The notes beneath the pieces were generated by a model, which had not been told where the DNA came from, did not search any database, and saw nothing but the letters and a program-made list of their open reading frames with translations. From Eimeria praecox (taxonomy: Eukaryota), in the NCBI GenBank assembly GCA_963920595.1, contig OY986947.1, positions 3,038,001 to 3,102,000 of the forward strand: DNA of 64,000 bases. The letters run 5' to 3'. Shown here piece by piece: positions 39,702 through 51,659 of this stretch. The translations under genes and the position numbers were made by a program. Positions within the stretch are counted from its first letter, which is position 1, and every line of letters starts with the position of its first letter.

Positions 39702-40604
39702 TCATGAATTGAGTGTTCCGTTCTCTTGTCCCAAGGGCTGCAATAGTAAATCAAACGTGGGCCCCACTGGTAGCGTGCCGTTTCTCTGCAGCGCCTTGCA
39801 AAGAGATTCAACGTCCAGCTCCTTCACCTGGGGGATAACAAGGACAGCAGCAGCCAGCAGTCTGAGCAGCTTGCACATTTCTCCATATCAAGCAAATAAT
39901 CGTGTTGTGGAGCACAAACTAGCTAGCGCGCCAAAGGACTTTTAAGTAATAGCTGCCAAAGGCAATGGAGTAAAGCGAACACGGGATTGGTCAAGTTGTT
40001 GGTTTTCCCTACCTCACTTAGTCCAGAGTTTGATCCTATGGCTGTGCCCGGGGATTCGTCCGCATTACCATATCTGCGATGCGTCGTGCGACACTGCGAG
40101 CCACTGCCTCTATCTGTCCGACGACTGCCTGTTGGAACATCGCCTCGCGAGGTTGCAAGAATCAACTTAGCTTCGTCGATTGCTTTCTCAAACGCAACTT
40201 GGACAGCCACCGACAGTAGCCGGGTTCTGAAAAAAAGAGGAGAATGGTAAGTAGAGGGAAAACTGAAGCGAAAGATGTCTGACCGGCTGTCGCTATGCGG
40301 AAGCCATGTGTGGGTCGGTGCCGGCTTACGCTGCAGCGTCAGTCGTGATGCAGCCTACATGACTAAGATGGTAGTTCGTAACTTCGTCAAGTATCTGAGG
40401 AACAGAGGATAAGCACACGGTTTCGCCCACGTGTGAATGCAAGGCGAAAGAATGACCAGGAGTCAATCAATGCAGCTACTAACCACGCCGAGCCCCGCAC
40501 TCAAGAACAACACCCACCGCAGGCTCGTTGGTAGATAGCTTCTGCAAAAGCTGCTCATCTCGAGGCCCCAGAATCTCCTCCAAGTCCAACACGGATTTGT
40601 CCAT
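39702..40604 (-). CDS. TAF10: TFIID/SAGA subunit TAF10-like histone-fold protein, 4 exons (40518-40604, 40330-40394, 40013-40226, 39702-39827; 163 aa)
   Basis: Spliced protein MDKSVLDLEEILGPRDEQLLQKLSTNEPAILDEVTNYHLSHVGCITTDAAATRLLSVAVQVAFEKAIDEAK...VKELDVESLCKALQRNG matches the TAF10 pattern (P-x-IPD-x-VT-x-YYL-x2-G...D-x-R-x2-RL-x-S-x-A-x-Q...L-x2-EDL-x2-AL-x3-G). Intron phases 0, 2, 0 are consistent. Confidence 0.8.
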
Positions 40605-41595
40605 AGTCGTTGCCGTTTAGTTCCGTCGAAGGGCTCAGCGCGCACGCTCAAAGTGCCTTAAGGCCACAGCGTGCATCCAAATGGAACGCTCCAGTAGATA
40701 GATGGCTGCGTCCCAAAGTAAATACAATCCAGATGGCGCTTCTCAAAGTGATGCCGTAGCCAGTTACCAGCATTAGGCTGCCGGCTCTGCATCAACTACC
40801 TTAGGGAAACCCCCTTAGTTCAAATCACCAGTTGGCCCGGCTGTGTGCAAGGAATTTTGTTCTGGCATTTCTCATGGCATTCATAGGATGCCTTATTTCT
40901 TAATGAAGAGTGGAGGGATTACCCACGCGAAAAGCTGTACAACACTTCCTTCCCCTGTGACGCCCGGAAGAATTGAGGCAAAGCGGGTTGTCCATGGGGA
41001 ATCTGGCTAACTGCAGTTTTGTCTTCACAAATCAATTTCTATTCCACCGCTTCCAGCGGCAAACAATCCGATTTCCTTAAAGTTACTCGAGGTCCAGTCC
41101 GCATGCAGCCCTGGCGGACACCGCGGCGTAAGCTGGGAGCCTTCCCCCCAGTGGACACCTCATCCTGAACTTCTCCAATCGCATAAAAGATATTGGTTCT
41201 CATAATGCAAGCTCGAATTTGAAAACACTACGAGCCATTGACCTTGGATGCGTTAGCAGCTGCCCGGCATACCCTCGATTCCACCACTTGGGGGAAAGTC
41301 AGTGAGCTTAGGTGTAGATCCCCTCGAGAAAAAAAACTTCCAGATAACCCCCCTATACATACAGAATTTTCAGTATTCTGAGCTCCGCAGCATCAGGAAT
41401 CAGTGGCTAAGTCAGCAGCTGTCTTGACGGGGTGACCCTCCACAGGTCGTGTTTTGTTCTGCGTGTACTAGTAGGGCGACAAAATTGCTTAGTAATCATT
41501 ATATTCATTCTGATCTTACTCATTGGGCAAGAGCAAGGAGCTGAGTGGCCTGATTATCTACTTAGGGGATTTCTCGCTGTGTGCATGCTGCAGAA

Positions 41596-42596
41596 ATGGC
41601 GGCTTCTTCCGCTGACACCGTCGAACAACACATCGCAGACTTGAACAGCCTCAGTCTCAATCAGTGCAGTGCACTTGCAAGGCGTACGGAAGTGGTGCGT
41701 GACTAGCCAGGCTCCGTATCCTCACTTCTGTGGGCATTGCAGCCCAACCCTAAAGCATATTTCGCGTAAATACAAACTTACCCTGTGCTAAGGGCCGGTT
41801 TCCTCCATCATTTTATCCCCTTAGGAATTTATAGTTTGCAGTTTGCCCACTCCATCGGGCTGTGCGCTGTGTTCCACTATGCCTATGCGATCTCCTTTTT
41901 GACGAATGATCTCTGTACTGTCATCAGGAACTTCAAAACCTGTCCACCCAGCTATCGCAACTGCGAGTGGCCGCAGCTCGCCTTGCCGAATCTCGCGAGG
42001 CGCTGACACAGCTTGAATCCCACATGCAGAAGAAGAAGGAGGGGGAAACATCCGAGGTTCTCGTGCCGCTAACTGGTGCTCTCTACGTAAAGGTAGCAGC
42101 ATAAGCTTTTTTCTTGATGTGCTTGCGTGTGTTGGCCTAAGGATATCTCGGAAACCTGGGAACTTGTAGCGGGACCAGGCCTCCTGCAGATGCCTAAAGG
42201 CACCGCGGCGGTTTGTTTCTTGTGGGTGTGCAGGGTCGACTGCAGTGCGACAACAAGGTTCTAGTCGATATCGGTGCAGGGTATATGCTCCAAAAGACAT
42301 GCCAAGATGCCAAGAGAGACGGAGAGAGGTGAAGCTTGCGCGTTTTGTGTTACATGCAACACACCAGTTTTGTGCTATGGGGGGCCCTTCAGGTTGTGGA
42401 AGGGCATTGCTTGTCCCGGTGTTTGCTGTGCAGGACACTGAATCTTGTATCAGAGCAACAGAAGAAGGTGGAGAGGATGGTAAGTATGAAGCAGAAACAG
42501 CTTGAGGTGTTAGTGGCGACGGTGAACCAAAAAGTATTGGAGAAGCAAGCAGCTGCTCAGGCGCCCGCTAGTGCTGATCACAGCACTGCCGCATGA
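41596..42596 (+). CDS. PFDN5: Prefoldin subunit 5 (alpha-type), 4 exons (41596-41694, 41928-42092, 42234-42328, 42434-42596; 173 aa)
   Basis: DLNSLSLNQCSAL...EVLVPLTGALYVKG...NKVLVDIGAGYMLQK are the alpha-prefoldin beta-hairpin signatures of subunit 5. GT-AG introns, phases 0, 0, 2. Confidence 0.92.
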
Positions 42597-43250
42597 TTTC
42601 GTGTTGCTTTAACACGCCGTTGCGGCCCTCACCTGAAGGTTAACTGCCTTGCGCGGCGTTATGGCTGTTGGAGGTGGTCTTTCAGTCCTCGCTTAGGCTT
42701 TACAGCTCTCAGGGCCACTGTTTTGGACGCAAGCTCCCGTGGCTTAGTCCCTCAGTGGTTCTCCTGTAAAGTCTGGAAGGTGCAGAATAATAAGGGTGCT
42801 TTGCGAAAAACTACCCACATTTCACGTTTTGGCGTTGTGGACGGGTTGTATGGGCTACCATAGTTCGCCCCTAGTTGTGTGCCTTAATTTGCACCTTGCC
42901 TCGTTCTCAACTGCATTCAAGATGGTTTCTTTTTTATATGGAAATGTGCTTGCGCCATTTGGCGGACTGCCTTGGCATTCGTGCTACAGCTGCCAACCTT
43001 CAATATGTTTTGAGCTTTATTCACTAGTGAAGGTATCCTTGCCATTAAGATGTGAACATGGGGTCACGGTATACTGAGGGGACCACCGCTAAGCCTGCGT
43101 GTGACCCGAGCTCATTTATCAGTCCCACATATGCGCTGCTAGCTTCCTTGAAGGCCTCTAGCTCTGTTGCCACTGTTTGGTTGCGTAGACATACAGATAC
43201 GCGCTAGATAAAAAAGCATTTGGGGCGGAACCTGCAGCCCCACTGCGGAT

Positions 43251-46200
43251 TCAAGATTCTGAGGCTGCCATGAAGCAGTCCAGCCACTCCGCTGGGAGGG
43301 GGCAGGAACAACAATACGGAGTTTGGGATAGAAACACATCACGAAATGGAACTACAGAGACATACTGAGTGGGAACCTGCATATCCCTGTGCAGGCCTAG
43401 GGTAATGCTGAGTCTGCACCTACCGGTGCTCCCTTCGAAAAGCAGAACACAAGTCTGGTTTTTAACACTCCGCTTTCCCGCCAATCGACCCAGAGAGCAG
43501 CTACCCACTGCAGCGGGCTGCTCGTAAGATTCTGAAGCCCCACAGCACGACCATCTGCTTTTCGTTGTCATTTGAAGCATGGATGGCCGCTGGGCTCCAG
43601 CGGACTGGGCTCTGCGCACCGTGGCTTTGGTGGGGCGACTCGGGGGATTGGAGCTACCGCCGGGGCGTAAGGAAAAGTGCAATTCTTCCTTGAAGGCCTC
43701 TGTGACGATCGGTTTCCTTGAGAAGAGGTAAAATATCAGCATTCGACGAATTCGCACAACTCCCCGCTCATCTGGGACGGTTAGATGCACGGGGGATGTG
43801 TTCCCAAAAAGACCTAGTTGCAACAGGTAAGACCTGTGCTCTCCTGAGCCGTGCGAGGCAGGGGGGTCCTGAAGCGAATCTAGGAACAGCATGAGACGCC
43901 ACTGATGCAAAGCTGCCGGGAGCACGATGTCGTAGGGTTGAGGAGGTGGCGATGACTGGATAGCTTCACCTCCTCGGAATATAATTAACCCTCCCTGGGC
44001 ATCTTTTGTCAACGGAACTTCAGAATCTTGCCTCCCCGAAAGAAAATCATTCTCAGCATTGCTAGCGTGTTTCTGGAGAGTTACAAGAATGTCGTCATCA
44101 TTCGGGGGCTCTGGTGTTTCTTCGGTTAGCTCATCAGTAGCAATGGTGGCAGCTCCTTCTGTATTCTGGCAAGAGTTGTCGAAAGCTTGAAGCAATTCTA
44201 AAAGATCGGGGTCCTTCATTAAAAAGCTCCCCTGGTACGAAATACCGGCAAAAAAGCGAGAGCATAGTTCATATAGTACACTGGCGTTGTGTAGGTCTAT
44301 ATTTGACTACATACGCCAGCCAACCAAAATACTTTTTGTACTACCGCAGTCTCTCCCTGGCCTCACCTGAATTGCATCGAGGATGCCCGTCACGAAGCAA
44401 AGCTTCCCAGCCTCTGCACTGATTTGCTGCCCAGTCTCCCTGGCCAGTTCTGCTTCGAGCTGGATTAGCTCCTTCTCGGCCAAGTACAGTGAGTAGCAAG
44501 TACCACAGACGGGAGACTCGGCTGAGAGCTGTTGCTTTCTAGCCTGGTGGAAAAACAGTATTTCCACTCCTCTCTTGCGCATGTGATGCTGAGCCTCCAG
44601 CATCATTCGGTGATTCAACATGCGGTTTAGTGACTTCTTGCTCCGGCTTAATCCGCACATCGCGCAAACTGATGGCTGGGCTAGGGACACTTGCTGTCTC
44701 CGAAGCAAGGCGGCACTAGCCTTCAAGGCCCCATCAAGGGGCTCATCATCATCATCCTTCTTGTTAACGTCCAGTTTCAGCGCACAATCTACCCGAGGGC
44801 CTGACTGTCTCAATGTGAAGGATTTGACCTGGACAGTTTCGGTGCATCGCAGCAGTCGCGTAACCATGCAGGGTGTTTCATATTTGCTGGCTGAGTCAAA
44901 AGAAAAGAGCCCTACACAGGGTCACGAACGCACCTGCAAGAAATAAACTTTGCCGTTCCATGCCTTGATGAGGTCCACAACCAATGACTCCAGCCATATT
45001 TTGAAGAGTGTCTGAGTCAGTAGCGTCAGCTTCCGAGCAATCTCAGAGGCTTCAGCTAGGCTAGCCCCAGATAAGCTAAATACGTCAAATGTGCTGTTGG
45101 GTCCGCAGGCAGCTTGCTTCGTCGCGTCAGCATCTGTCTGGTCCTCATTGTAGTCGTATTCGGCACCGCGTGGCCTCCGGACAGGAAATGCATTATCGCA
45201 GCTTACACAGAACTGTCCAGTAATGTCTAAGTTTGCGTCTCGGCCCTCTTCCGGCGTCAGCTTGTTGACCAAAGAGAAACCAACAGGCATACTGCCTGCG
45301 CGCCAAGCTGCCCTCGTCAACTGGCAGCGCGAATGTTTCTTTCCATGAACAAAGACCTTCAAGAACCACGCACGATCCTGGTTGAGCAAAGTGTCACTGC
45401 ATTAAAAAAATTCAGCACGGACACAGCGACACCCGATCCTGAGTGGAGGGTGTGCAGCGAAACACGGCCAGATGTGTGTGTCTACCGGGCTCTAACTGCT
45501 GGAAACTGAGCCACTGTGAAATTTGATACACTTAGTTGACAGTTAATGAACGCAAAACGCGACGCGGTGCTGTTACGGGTGTCGTGTCTATTGATGACGC
45601 ACTTGAACAAGACGTTCCGAGGAAGAGTCCGCTAGAAGAGAAGACGTGCTGGGAAGATCGAGGGCTTTCGTGATGTTTTTATTTGCTGCTGCGTAGTGTG
45701 GTTGTTTAACTACAGCCGCTGGTGCGGGCATTGCAGCCTCGATAGTGCGCCTTTGGTCTCTGTGATGCAGTTGGGCAGAACGGCGCAACCGCATCTTGCC
45801 TCCAGGAAAACCCGAGGCGGTCAAATAAAGCACCGCGTTCTTCTCGAATAGCTTAGACGCAGAAAAGTCTTCTTTTATTATCCAGCCATTGCAAGCTACT
45901 TCAGGGAGAGACAGCTGCTGGGAGAGCGAGCTGCCCTGATTTAGTGCGTAGGGATTGTTTGTTATATAATAGCACTCCGTCGATGTAGAGTATATTGTGT
46001 CAGGAAGCAAGATGTCAAGATTTTTGCACAACCGATCTAAAAAGGCTGGAGACTGACGCCGGTAAGCTATGAGGGCTTTCCACCATCCTGTGGCAGGCTG
46101 TGCAGGCAAATCAGCATAATATTTGGGGTCGCTATGCGAAAAAGTGAACCGAGATTCGAACTTATTGTTGCGCGATTTTCTAGCCCCATTGAGAGCTGCT

Positions 46201-46397
46201 GCATGTTGCTCTGCTTCTCGTTTGGAGCAAAATATGTCGCTGTGTGATTTGCTGCTCCATGGCCTTTCGGGACGCGTGGCAGCGCGAGTTGTGCCCGTTT
46301 GCGGCCTCTGTTTACGGGGCCCATCTCGGCAGAAGGGCAGCTCTTCCTTTTTCCGATCAGCGTGCTCAGCCCGGCTTTTCGTTGCCTCGGATCTCAT
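43251..46397 (-). CDS. Multi-exon hypothetical protein with two CxxC pairs and a segment reminiscent of an ATP-grasp C-domain
   Basis: Consecutive minus-strand ORFs 45588-46397, 44922-45389, 44307-44867 and 43251-44219, with plausible splice junctions (YFLQ|VKSF, DAIQ|). Contains CAMC and CGTC. The 3' end is uncertain. Confidence 0.7.
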
Positions 46398-47199
46398 CGC
46401 AGTTGTTTCAAAGGGAACAGCTTACTTGCTAGCGCGATATCTCAGCAGTAAGCTATACGCCCGTGCATCAATACGGAACTTCTCTGGTCTTCCTGGGCTA
46501 GCCTTCATTGCAAACAGATTTTCTAATACATGATGGAAAATAAAAGCCATCTGAGTGATTGGCTATGGCAGTTAGCATTGGCATGCAATGCATTCCTTCT
46601 ACAGCCAGCCCCGTTGATGACGGCTCTGTCCAACTCAGGTGTCACGTTTTCGCCAGGGAGACCCGCGACAACAAGCATTAATGTAATAGGTATCAAGATT
46701 ACTAGGAGGAAATGAGCATGGAGTAAGAACTTTTCCCCGGAATTTATGCCTGTTTCGGGGGGCCTACCTACAGGGCCAGGGGACTGGGGTCACTTTAGCT
46801 TCAGTCGTGTGCAGCGACTACTGCTCAAGGCATCTGTCTTTGCTGGAACTCTTTGCAATATCGGAGAATCTGTAAGCACATCTGTTGTGCTCACCTTTGG
46901 ATTCTATTTCAGAATGGGAAGGCTGCAAAAATTGTGAACCATCAATTGTTGAAGGTTCCGCCGGCATCATCTCGCTAACGGCATGCAGGCAGTTCAACTT
47001 CCACCGTTATTTACTGGCACACAAAGACTTCTTTTTGCATTAAAGACATAGCATTTTCAGGGTAGGGAGTCACGAGATTTCCCCGGCGAATCGAGGCCTA
47101 GTTGGTGGCTTCCACTTTGGCAGCAAGCCCCTGCGGCATGCATCAGTGGCCACAAATGTTGTGAGGTCATACAAAAATGTGAAAAGACACATTTTGCGT

Positions 47200-48900
47200 C
47201 CAGAACCGCCTTTTTCCAATGCCTTTTGTTTATGGCATTGTGGACTACAGCCCTTGCCAACTCCATAATGCGCACCCTCAAGGACACGGTGGAGACAGCT
47301 GTGGTACGGAAAGGTATAGAGGCAAGATACTGAATTTTTTGCAGTCTCCCTTTAGGTGTTGTAAGCCCCGGAGAATCGGAGGATCGCTTTGTTCTGCGTT
47401 TGTGCCCTTGGGCCCAACGCGCCTATACCGCCAACAATACTGTAGGCTCCATTGTGAAAGTTTGTATTAGGGTGTGTGCAAAAACGCACGATTACCAGTA
47501 AATCGAGTTAAGGTGAGTAGAACTGTCATAACTGCTGATACGATTCCGTATGCAGCGAACTCATGTTGTGCTTCTTTTGGCCCATGTATCCAGCCATCAG
47601 CCACCCGAACCACCACCGGACCTCCGGCTATTATTTTTTTACCGGCGATCATTCCTGCTTAAACCTTTGAAGGCTTAATTTTGAGTGCGTGCGGGCTGTT
47701 CGGTACTTGGCTGCTTGACTGCCAACCGGTGAATGCTGTTGAGCTCCTGCAGTTCGCCGTCTGTTCTCCCGAATACGGAAAGCACGCGCTAAGTCTTTAA
47801 GGGATTGCCGTTTCTTCCTAGTACCATGAGGAATATTCGCCTTCAATATACTTTTGTCGCGTTCTTACGGGGACCTGCTGAGGTATAATGGAGTGGCAAT
47901 TGTACCTCAGATACTGATGGCGGCATATCTGAACCAAGGCGACGCAGTTTCTCCACAACCCTGTCTACCAATGTTTTGGGTCGGAGCCAATTTATTGCTT
48001 TCGTGTGAATAAACTGAACTGTCGGTTTGCTGAGCCGGCCAAGAGCAATCTTAGTAAGGGGAAATGCTAGCAGTAAATCCCTTTACGTACTGAACGAACT
48101 GAGCAGCGAGTAGCGCTGCAGGAAGGATACGAATTTGACTATCGCGGCATCGTTTGTTAGTCATCCGTTTGAGCCAGCAGTTTAAAAACGCTTTTTAAAG
48201 ATACTAGCAGCATAGACGCCAACGTGAATCCAAGTGGTAGACGGACAGGAGTGGATAAGTGGTTAGTTTTGCGCCGTTCAGCGGTTATTGAAACTCGCTC
48301 TCCGCCCGTTCAAATGGCGGACCTTGCACCGGCATCGCATATCTGCCTAGATTGAATATTCAGGGAGTGCTGTCTGTTTGTTCTACCTTAATCATACATC
48401 CTTGGCGCTAGTGCGCTGCAAAGCACCACCCATCTAGTACACACTGCAACTGCATATTGCTGGTTTGTTTATAAATGTTAGAGAAATGCTGATGGGCGAT
48501 CTGTGCTCCACAATTTACACGAGCATTGAAGACTCCCTCTTCAATTCGTATAAAATATTTGTAGGTCTCAAAATTTTGCATCTGTTGCTCGGTTTACGGT
48601 GGATCTTGATGCAAAAGGTATTAGTTACAAGGTACAGCAATAGTGGGCTGCGAGCGCCGAGCGTCATTCTAGATACAGAAAGGATAGGGACTGCATTTAG
48701 GTTAGTGCCGTACCCGCAGTGTCATGGAATGCTACTGGAACTGCTTGCCTTGAGTTGGCATCTGAGGCAAATGGAGCTGCCAAGCCAACCGTTAAAGAGG
48801 GCTCGGTGTATGCTACCGCCTATCAGCGTACTTTTCAATGAGAAAAATGCCCACTGGCGTCAAGCTAAAACTACATCCAATACCTTGCATTGACAGCACA
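47200..48900 (+). mobile_element. Probable heavily decayed Ty3/Gypsy pol relic (RT, RNase H, integrase fragments)
   Basis: Motifs in correct order across frameshifts: GIVDYS (cf. CVDYR), SAFVPLGPTRLY (cf. TAF-x-TP-x-G-x-Y), VITADTIPYA (cf. YxDD-I-x-IYS), SVLG (cf. V-x-FLG), PNTESTR*VFKGL (cf. P-x-T...LR-x-FLG), IGTAFRLVPYPQCHG (cf. integrase YHPQxNG). Matches are weak. Confidence 0.45.
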
Positions 48901-49419
48901 AAGTATTTTCCACTGTTTTGTGCTAAGAACACTGCAAGATGGTGCCAACAGCATTCACAACTTCCTCGGTGCCTGAGCATAGTGGCTTGCACCGAGCCCG
49001 CCTGGTTGTAATGAAATTAAGCTAGTTGAGATTTTTAAGGAACCATTAAAGTGTGTATGGCCAAGATCCAAAGATTGACGGCAATTTCCATTCGCCAAAC
49101 AAAAAAAAAGTCACTGTCCTGAGAACCCAAAGTCAAACTGATTCATCCGGCCATGAGCGGGGAGCCCGACTGCCAGTCGACCCCTGCTTCTTGTCACTGT
49201 GAACTGCAAGGGAATGGCAAATACAATTAATCGTTCACGTAGTTCTTCCCCTTTGGAAAGGCAAGGGCGCGATTCCGTCTCGAGAAAGCACCAGTGGGTG
49301 GAAAATAACCAAGATCACTGAATAATTGGAGTTCCAGCGCCTAAGGATTGACTCAACAACTCCATTGCCAAAGATAAGTCTTGAACTCATGCCCCACACA
49401 CAAAACCCCATTTGGAACT

Positions 49420-51464
49420 AGCTACGTGGGATGACAGGTGGCCTCCAGTTGCGTCCCGTAAGGCATAGCATCAGCAGCTTCCCGTCAGTTGAATCCAGCC
49501 AGCGGCGGGCCTGAAATTGCACGCATCATATTAAAATACTATTATGAATTATGGGGATAAAGAATCTAGCAGAAAAGAGGTACTACAAGCGTCAAACCAA
49601 AAGATGGAGTGATTAGCTAGCGGTAAGCGAAGCTTGGTTAAGATTGCAGATGAACCTGAGGAAACAGCTGCCCATGCTCGTCCATCAGGGCCCTTGAAGC
49701 TTGCTGGCGCGACATCTGGTACTCGTGCTGCACCAATGCAACTTTGCGACGGTATTCGCGCACTGCAAGTGCCGCCAGAGAGCGTTGCTGGTCATCAATA
49801 AGCTGCCTCAAAGTACGCTGAGGGCGAACTGCACAAGCGCTTGAAGTCCGCTGACCACTATTAACTCTGCACTGTTCACGGCGTGTGCAATCACACGACT
49901 GGCCATTTCTGGTGCAGTAAAAGCTGTTATGCCTGTTCGGAACAGCGTTAGAGTCGTTGCAGACACCTTCTGGCATGCTTGGTGCTGCACATGCGTCTCC
50001 TCCTGCACAGGATCTCCGTGGCATCGCAGAGCGGAAGTAACAACGCCTCAGTGCAACTGTCAATGGCCGGCAGATGGCGAAGCAAGCGGCCACCGAGAAT
50101 CGGAGAAGCAGTGCTACCAAAGAAATGGTTTGCTGCGCCTCCCGTACCGCAGGGGAACACGCTTCTTTGGACGCTGTACAGTTCACTTGCCAGCATCCGG
50201 CTGCGCTTTGGGCTTCACGCGGGAGGACGCTATCCAGTCTTCCGTATTCTTTCACCCTGTTGCCTCCCAATGCTGGAATGGCCACTGATTCCCCTAAATC
50301 TACTGCTGTGGCTGTGGCAGCAAAGAGCTGCAAAAGCCTGCGCCATCGAGGAGGCCTTGGGGCGGCGCAAAAGGGGGCTGCTTCATTGATAAGATGTGCA
50401 AGCCGTTCCAGTGGAGACAAGCCTGATACCTGAACTTTTGTGGTACCAGATGGCGATGCTGTAGAACGAGAAAGCTCCCCCAGGACAAGAAGCCGGCCAC
50501 CCAGGCCCTCAACGATCTGAGGAAGGAAGTTGGGAGAGCAGTCGTAAGTAAAGGCCTAGGTGTTAGCTTCCCTGACTCACGAATAGGAAGAGAGTAACTG
50601 ACGTTTTGCCCTAAATCCTAAGCAACTGCCATGAATCCCCAACTCCCCAGTGGTTCTGGTTTGAGGCTCACCAAGACAAGCTGATCCTCCTTTCCGCACT
50701 GGACACGCTGGCATAGAGCCCTCTGAAATGCCACGGACGCACAGCACAGAAGCAGAGGCGTGCGCATGCACAGCTAGATGCTCTAGGTGAAGGCGCAACG
50801 GTGGGCCTTTCGCCGCATGCAGTGGCTTGCGCTAGTAAAGCCCAATAGTCCTGACGGCGCAACATACGTGAGTACTATCAATAGTGAAGACCTCTGAAGG
50901 TTCAGCCCTCTGCAAGACGTAGGAGTCAACGTAATCATGATCACCGGTGGAGAGGCGCTCCTGAGGGGCTTTAAAGGCAACAAGAAGCAACTGAGGGAAA
51001 GGCTTCTGCACGTTCTTTTGCTTGAATGCTGCGTATTCAGCGTCTCCGCCTCGTATTTGAGGCGTTTCGCCTGCAGGTGATGCTGTTAACCGTTTGATGC
51101 TGCTGTTCATAATTATCGGTTGCTGTCCCTTCTCCATCTCTTCAGGCTTAGGCGCAATTAGGAGAAGCATGACATAACGGTAGCGAGGCACCTTGAGCCA
51201 CTTGCTGGTCTTCGTGAGCCAATCAGCAAAGAGGCACTGAATAACACATCCCTCACTACTCAGCGGGATTGGCTGAGGCATTAGTCCTGGATTTGTAACG
51301 GGAACTAGCGGTCGTCTGCAAAAAGGGCCAACGGGCCCCATAAGGAGCACTTGCAGCACTGCCGCATGAAGATGCTCTGGCAAAGCTGCAGCCGACCTGA
51401 AGCCTAGAAGCTCGAGCACCTGAACCCACACGATATGAGAAAATGACTCACAGTTATCCGACAT
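49420..51464 (-). CDS. Multi-exon hypothetical protein
   Basis: ORFs 50832-51464 and 49638-50420 have plausible donors (WLK|GT, FPQ|GT), with a further exon ARRWLDSTDGKLLMLCLTGRNW at about 49425-49510. No recognisable domain; 3' end unresolved. Confidence 0.5.
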
Positions 51465-51659
51465 AAGCGCTTTTACGAAGCCGTCACATAAGCACGAACG
51501 CGCTGGAGCTGTCTTCGCAGCGCGGCAGTTTAAAATGAAGGCCTCGCAAGCGAGGGATGCGAGGATACAGGATACAAGCGGTGGCTCACCATTTTGGCCT
51601 TCCGATTAGCACCATACAATCCCGAGAACAGATCCTGGATCACCTTATTTCTGTCTTCA

